61,897 bases of DNA, from the NCBI GenBank assembly GCA_002256025.1, contig NKIB01013225.1:1-61897 (forward strand), given 5' to 3'. The notes beneath the pieces are model-generated. The model did not search any database, was not told the origin of the DNA, and saw nothing but the letters and a program-made list of their open reading frames with translations. Within the stretch, counting starts at the first letter, position 1. Each line of letters opens with the position of its first letter. The position numbers and the translations under genes are program-made. The stretch comes from Asterionella formosa. Lineage: Eukaryota. This document shows, piece after piece, positions 57,286 to 61,897 of the stretch.

Positions 57286-60200
57286 CTATTTCCCATTGCG
57301 TCCGCGGAGACGTGATAAGTTCTCGTGAGAATAAATATTAACATTTTCATCAACTTCGTTTCCAAAAGCAAATGAGACATCCATGACTGGAGGGAAAGCC
57401 ATCGGGCGGTTTGAAGGCTTCTTCCATCCGAACTCCTTGATAGCAACTGACTCACATGCAGTCGAGCAGTGAATGAAGGTACAGTGCTTGGCTTGAAACC
57501 CAAGTTCTTCAAAGCGATCACAGTTGCCGATCATTCGAAAGCCTTCGCTGTCAATAGGAAGGCAATCTTCACAGAAGCTCTGTGGGCAGCTTTGGCAAAC
57601 AAACAACAAGCCACCAGATTCTGTTCCGTTCTTGCTGCACATCCAGCACCGATGGTGGGAACAGCACAAAAAGTTGCTTTCACTCGTAACACCTGAACAT
57701 GACAAGTGAACACAAACAGGGCATCTTGGGCAACAGAGAAGCGTCCCGCCATCACCGCACACCTGGCAAAAACTTTGCTCTTCGAAGTCAACTCCAGACT
57801 TTTGGACCTTCCGCTTCTTAGCTTTAAACGCGGATTTCGTTTTTGTTTTCAACTCTCTTTGAAAGACAGAACACTCACCTTTGTCAAGATCGTAGTTATT
57901 TGCTGCCAAGACAGGCACAAATGCTTTGCCATAACCGCTGCCTGTTCCGGCCAGCATAACCAATCGACTTTTTCGTTCTCGTTTGGCATTGTGAATGCTG
58001 CGCCACATGTCGCTGACATCACTGAGTTTCGAGGGGACGAAACGATGTGTTTTCTGATTCAACTCATTTAGTATAGCTTTGAAATCGATTCCGCCGAAAT
58101 TAGTCGTAGCCGTGAATTGCTCCTCTGCCTCGAAATCTGTTGTTGAAGTAGATGCTCCTCCTTTGAGCTTTCCGTCCGAGTGATCCTCCATTCGCAAACG
58201 GTCAGTGATAATCTCAATTTCTTGAGCAGTAGGTAGGATATTCTTCTTGTCACTGTCCGCGCCAAAGACAGCGTTGCAGCCAAACTTTAAACTAGACATG
58301 ATCTCGCTTCCAGAAATATTATCAAATTTGTCATTGTCCATAGAAGAATCTTTATTGACCATCTTATCAAGAAAAAGTTTTTTCTGGGCGCGTAATAGAA
58401 TTCTTTCTTCAATTGTCCCGCCGGTTACCAGACGATAGACATGGACAGTTTTTTTCTGTCCAATACGATGAATACGGGCCATCTAGATAATACAAAGAAA
58501 CAAAGTGTTAATTCAGCATTTTGGGCCGGTATACAGTACAAAAAGTCATCAGTAGTGAGACTTACAGCTTGCAAGTCTGGTTGTGGATTCCAATCACTGT
58601 CGAAGAGGATACAAGTATCCGCAGATTGGAGATTGAGACCCATTCCCCCGCTGCGAGTAGACATTAAAAAAATAAATTTCGTGCTGTCAGGGGCATTGAA
58701 GTCGTTAACATTATAGTTTCTCTTGGCGCGGCTCGTGCTCCCATCGAACCGACAATACTGCCAACCTCGCATGACGCAGTAATCCTCCAAGATGTCAAGA
58801 ATAGAGGTGAACTGCGAAAACAAGACTGTACGGTGTTTCTTTCTGAAAAGGGAAAGTAGCAGCATGTCTAGGACAGCAAGCTTTCCTGATGCAGCGATGA
58901 GATCTTCGCAGCTAGTGATGCCAATATCTAGCTCTGCGCCATTGAACAAAAAGGGGTGTAGACAGCATTTGCGAAGCTGCATGACAAGATTGTTGAGGAC
59001 AGCACCATTTTTCCCAGTTGGTTCGTCGCCGTCATTTCTAGCAAGAATTCTGATATCTTTTAACAAAAGCGACTTGTACCAATGAATCTGCATGCTTGAG
59101 AGAGGACATAAAACTTTCGTTTCAATTTTCATGGGCATCAACTTTTCAACTTCATCCTTCAATCGCCGCTTCATAAAAATTGAGAGCATTTTTTGAGCCA
59201 AACCCAGCGTTTCCCTATTCACAGAATTCTCCCCCAAATCAAATGCAGTAGCAAACGGTTCTGATGCTGTAAACACGTCGGGGTGAAGGAAAGACAAGAG
59301 CGAGAACAGTTCGACCAAGTTGTTCTGGGCATTTAATGGTGAGTAGCTGATTTGTCAATGAAACTATTAGGTTGAAATAGCATACACTTACTTGCAGGGG
59401 TGTTCCAGTGAGAATCATAGCATTTTCCCGATGAATAGCTCGGACAGCCTGTGAAATCTGAGACTTTTCATTCTTAATTTTGTGGCCTTCATCAAGGACC
59501 AGTAAATTGAAATGTTGTCGCCGAAAGAGAGATGTTAGATTAGGTGACTTGGCCATTTCGTATGTTGTAATAATAACATCAAGTTCAGTGGCATTGTCAA
59601 TAATCGTTTTTCGCTGGGTTTCACGCTCTGATTCACAAGAAGAATGAAAGCGAATAAATTTCAAGGAGGGAGCCCATTTATTGAGTTCGTTGCACCAAGA
59701 GTAAATCACACTAAGAGGGCAAATGACGAGAGACGGGCCATGGATGCCTTCGCGTTCCTTTAGATGACATAGTAGGGAAATAGTTTGAAGAGTCTTTCCC
59801 AATCCCTACAGTAGGTCCAAGAAGACAGAATCGATACATGTGAGAAACACAAAAGCATCACATGATAATTTTCATCAAATAACCACTTGGATATCCTACC
59901 ATCTCATCACCTAGAATACAACTGATATTCTCTCGATACATATCCACCATCCAGTTTAGACCCGCCAATTGATAGTCACGAAGCTCACCCTGAATCGCTT
60001 CAGGCTGAAGATACAATGGTTGCCTCTTTGACGCTACATGCTCTACTGTGGTAAGCTTGCGAATGATTGCCGGTTCGAGGAATGGTGCGAGAACATCCAA
60101 GTTTTCTGACAGGAAGGAAAGACGAGTTGCATACTTGTTTGCAACTCTATTCTTGACCCTTTCATTGAAGCTAGATCGCTTTTCCTCAGTGTAATTGATG

Positions 60201-60742
60201 TGGCGAGGAACCTTTGTTTGCTTGGGGCTAGCACTCTTTTGTGGACCCTTGCGCTTGGCTTTTGGAGCATCAGCTTTGTGGGCACCAAAGTGATAGGAAG
60301 CACCTTTTAAAACATAATTATTATGCTTCAGAACGACATGACCATCAACAAGCATGGTGGTTGACTTGCACTGGCGGCCAGACCTACGAGACTGGTCCAT
60401 GCTATCAGACTTTTCCGAGGGCTTCGACGGAGCTGAAGCAACAAGAGAATGCGCAGGCCGGACGGTCGCCAAGGAGATGAACGGTTTCTTATCGTGCGAT
60501 GTTTCGGACATATCTAAACATAAAGCTTTACAGCTATGCTGAGACTTTGGCGCATTCGAAGATTCCTCAAAACCTTCAAAAGTTTGAAACTTTTTTCTAT
60601 CGTTTCGACTGTTCAATACATGTGAGTCAACCGTCAGATCTATTACGTCGACCTGGTGGTAGGCCGCGATACTAGAAGGAGTTCCACCTTGCGAATCAGA
60701 CAGCTGCCTCCTGCTAGGAGATTCCTTTCTTCGTGACTCCAT
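57286..60742 (-). CDS. SNF2-family chromatin-remodelling ATPase with C-terminal PHD and Cys/His zinc fingers; introns 59806-59899, 59325-59391, 58483-58565
   Basis: The spliced product gives LGDEMGLGKT, LDEGH, TGTPLQNN, LRKCCLHP, SGKL, FSQF, STRSGGMGLNL and DWNPQPDLQAMARIHRIGQ, then CQVCGDGG.LLCC..CP...H..C and CSHH.C..C. Confidence 0.92.
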
Positions 60743-61425
60743 CAAGAGACAATTGAGTGAATGAGAGAATGTGAAATTTTCTTATCGACGTTGGCTTTTG
60801 CTGTGCTTGAATTGAAGGGAAGAGTCGGCCAAGTGATCGTGCCGAGGGAAGAATAATTTTGGTATGATACCTATATTGCTGATTTATTCGTTTAGTTAGT
60901 AAACTACGGTATGTAAGTCGACATGTCGTACTACCGATAATTATTGTTATGTACACATAATAAATGATATGTTCGGTTAAGACAAATACGTATGTATGTA
61001 CTTGTTGATAGATATTTAGCTGGATCGGTAGGCGCATTCGATACGTACAGTACTCATTTATATACTGTATATTTTTGTTCTGAGTCGACGAGCAAAAAGT
61101 ATTTGGCGGGAAATAGATATCAAATGGTGTCGTGAGTTATGTACCGGTACCTGGTACCACCGTTACTTGCACCTGGTACCAGGTACCAGGTGAGCAATCC
61201 TGCACATCGATACAGATATATATAGAGTTGGGGTTATGTCAAATATATCGGAATTCAATAATGAGAGAACTCGACTAACACCCATTCTATACTTTTGATG
61301 TCAGTTCAGGAAATGAGTTATACATAAGGATTAATTAATAAGCTCATATATTCAACAAATACTACTACTTCTAGTTAGATACTTCACTTTGAATTCAAAA
61401 AGAGTCGAATTAGAAGACAACAAAC

Positions 61426-61897
61426 ATGGCAATGTATTCAAGGGTTCCTGTGATTCCTTTGATCAAAGACTACAATGTATTGACTATCAAAACTAAAACG
61501 TTCAGAGTTGCTTTAACCGGTGGAAGGTTTGAATCGTTTGATCAAGATATGATCGATGGAAGCTCAGTGGAAGCATTGTTAATTGGAGTTAGTCAATTTC
61601 GTGATATGGCTAACACATGTGACTTTAGCCCTGCAGATACCTTTTCCTATTTTAAAAGGTGTTTGACAGACATTGCCTTATCGGATTGGTTGAATGTGGA
61701 AGTACACCCAGAAGATCAATCTTACGATAGTTTCGAAGAAGCGATGGCTTTATGGTTAGACGATCGTTTGCCAAATGAGAGTTTTCAACATCAACGACAA
61801 TGGATGCTACGTTATTTATCTAAACCCTTTTCCATGTTGGTAATGGATTACGGAGCTCGTATTAAAACTTTAAACAGGCTACTTCAACTAATGCCTC
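61426..61897 (+). mobile_element. 5' part of an uninterrupted gag-like ORF, probably Ty3/gypsy; runs off the window
   Basis: Open frame from ATG 61426 to the window end (MAMYSRVPVIP...FKRCL...W...SFEEAM...QRQWM...KPFSMLV.DY.ARIKTLNRLLQLMP), resembling diatom gypsy gag capsid segments. Absent from the ORF track because there is no stop. Confidence 0.6.

Overview
Eukaryotic nuclear DNA, most likely from a diatom or related photosynthetic stramenopile. This is inferred from short GT-AG introns, bipartite plastid presequences with ASAFAP-like motifs, a mitochondrial-type pyruvate kinase and CoDi-like copia remnants. It holds 13 host genes: tandem-domain ArsA/GET3 ATPase, a large unknown protein, WDR83/MORG1-like, PPPDE/DeSI-PUL, pirin, pyruvate kinase, HCF107/Mbb1-like HAT protein, TLDc protein, DPH5, MAK11/PAK1IP1-like, an LRR membrane protein, a PHT4/SLC17 MFS transporter and a SNF2-PHD remodeler. 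Between them lie AT-rich blocks of decayed and nested transposons. The most notable unannotated items are: (1) an intronic double-guide box C/D snoRNA (U37/SNORD37-like) in the WDR83 intron; (2) two unrelated tRNA-derived SINEs, each with a long target-site duplication; (3) a 6.7-kb copia-like LTR element with a 5-bp TSD, a half-tRNA-iMet primer site, a collapsed 5' LTR and a CpG-depleted, scrambled interior; (4) a pervasive TA-CC(W)GG-TA motif that matches the termini of a local TIR family and looks like accumulated Tc1/mariner-type excision footprints. All alignments and identities were judged by eye, and no database searches were run.
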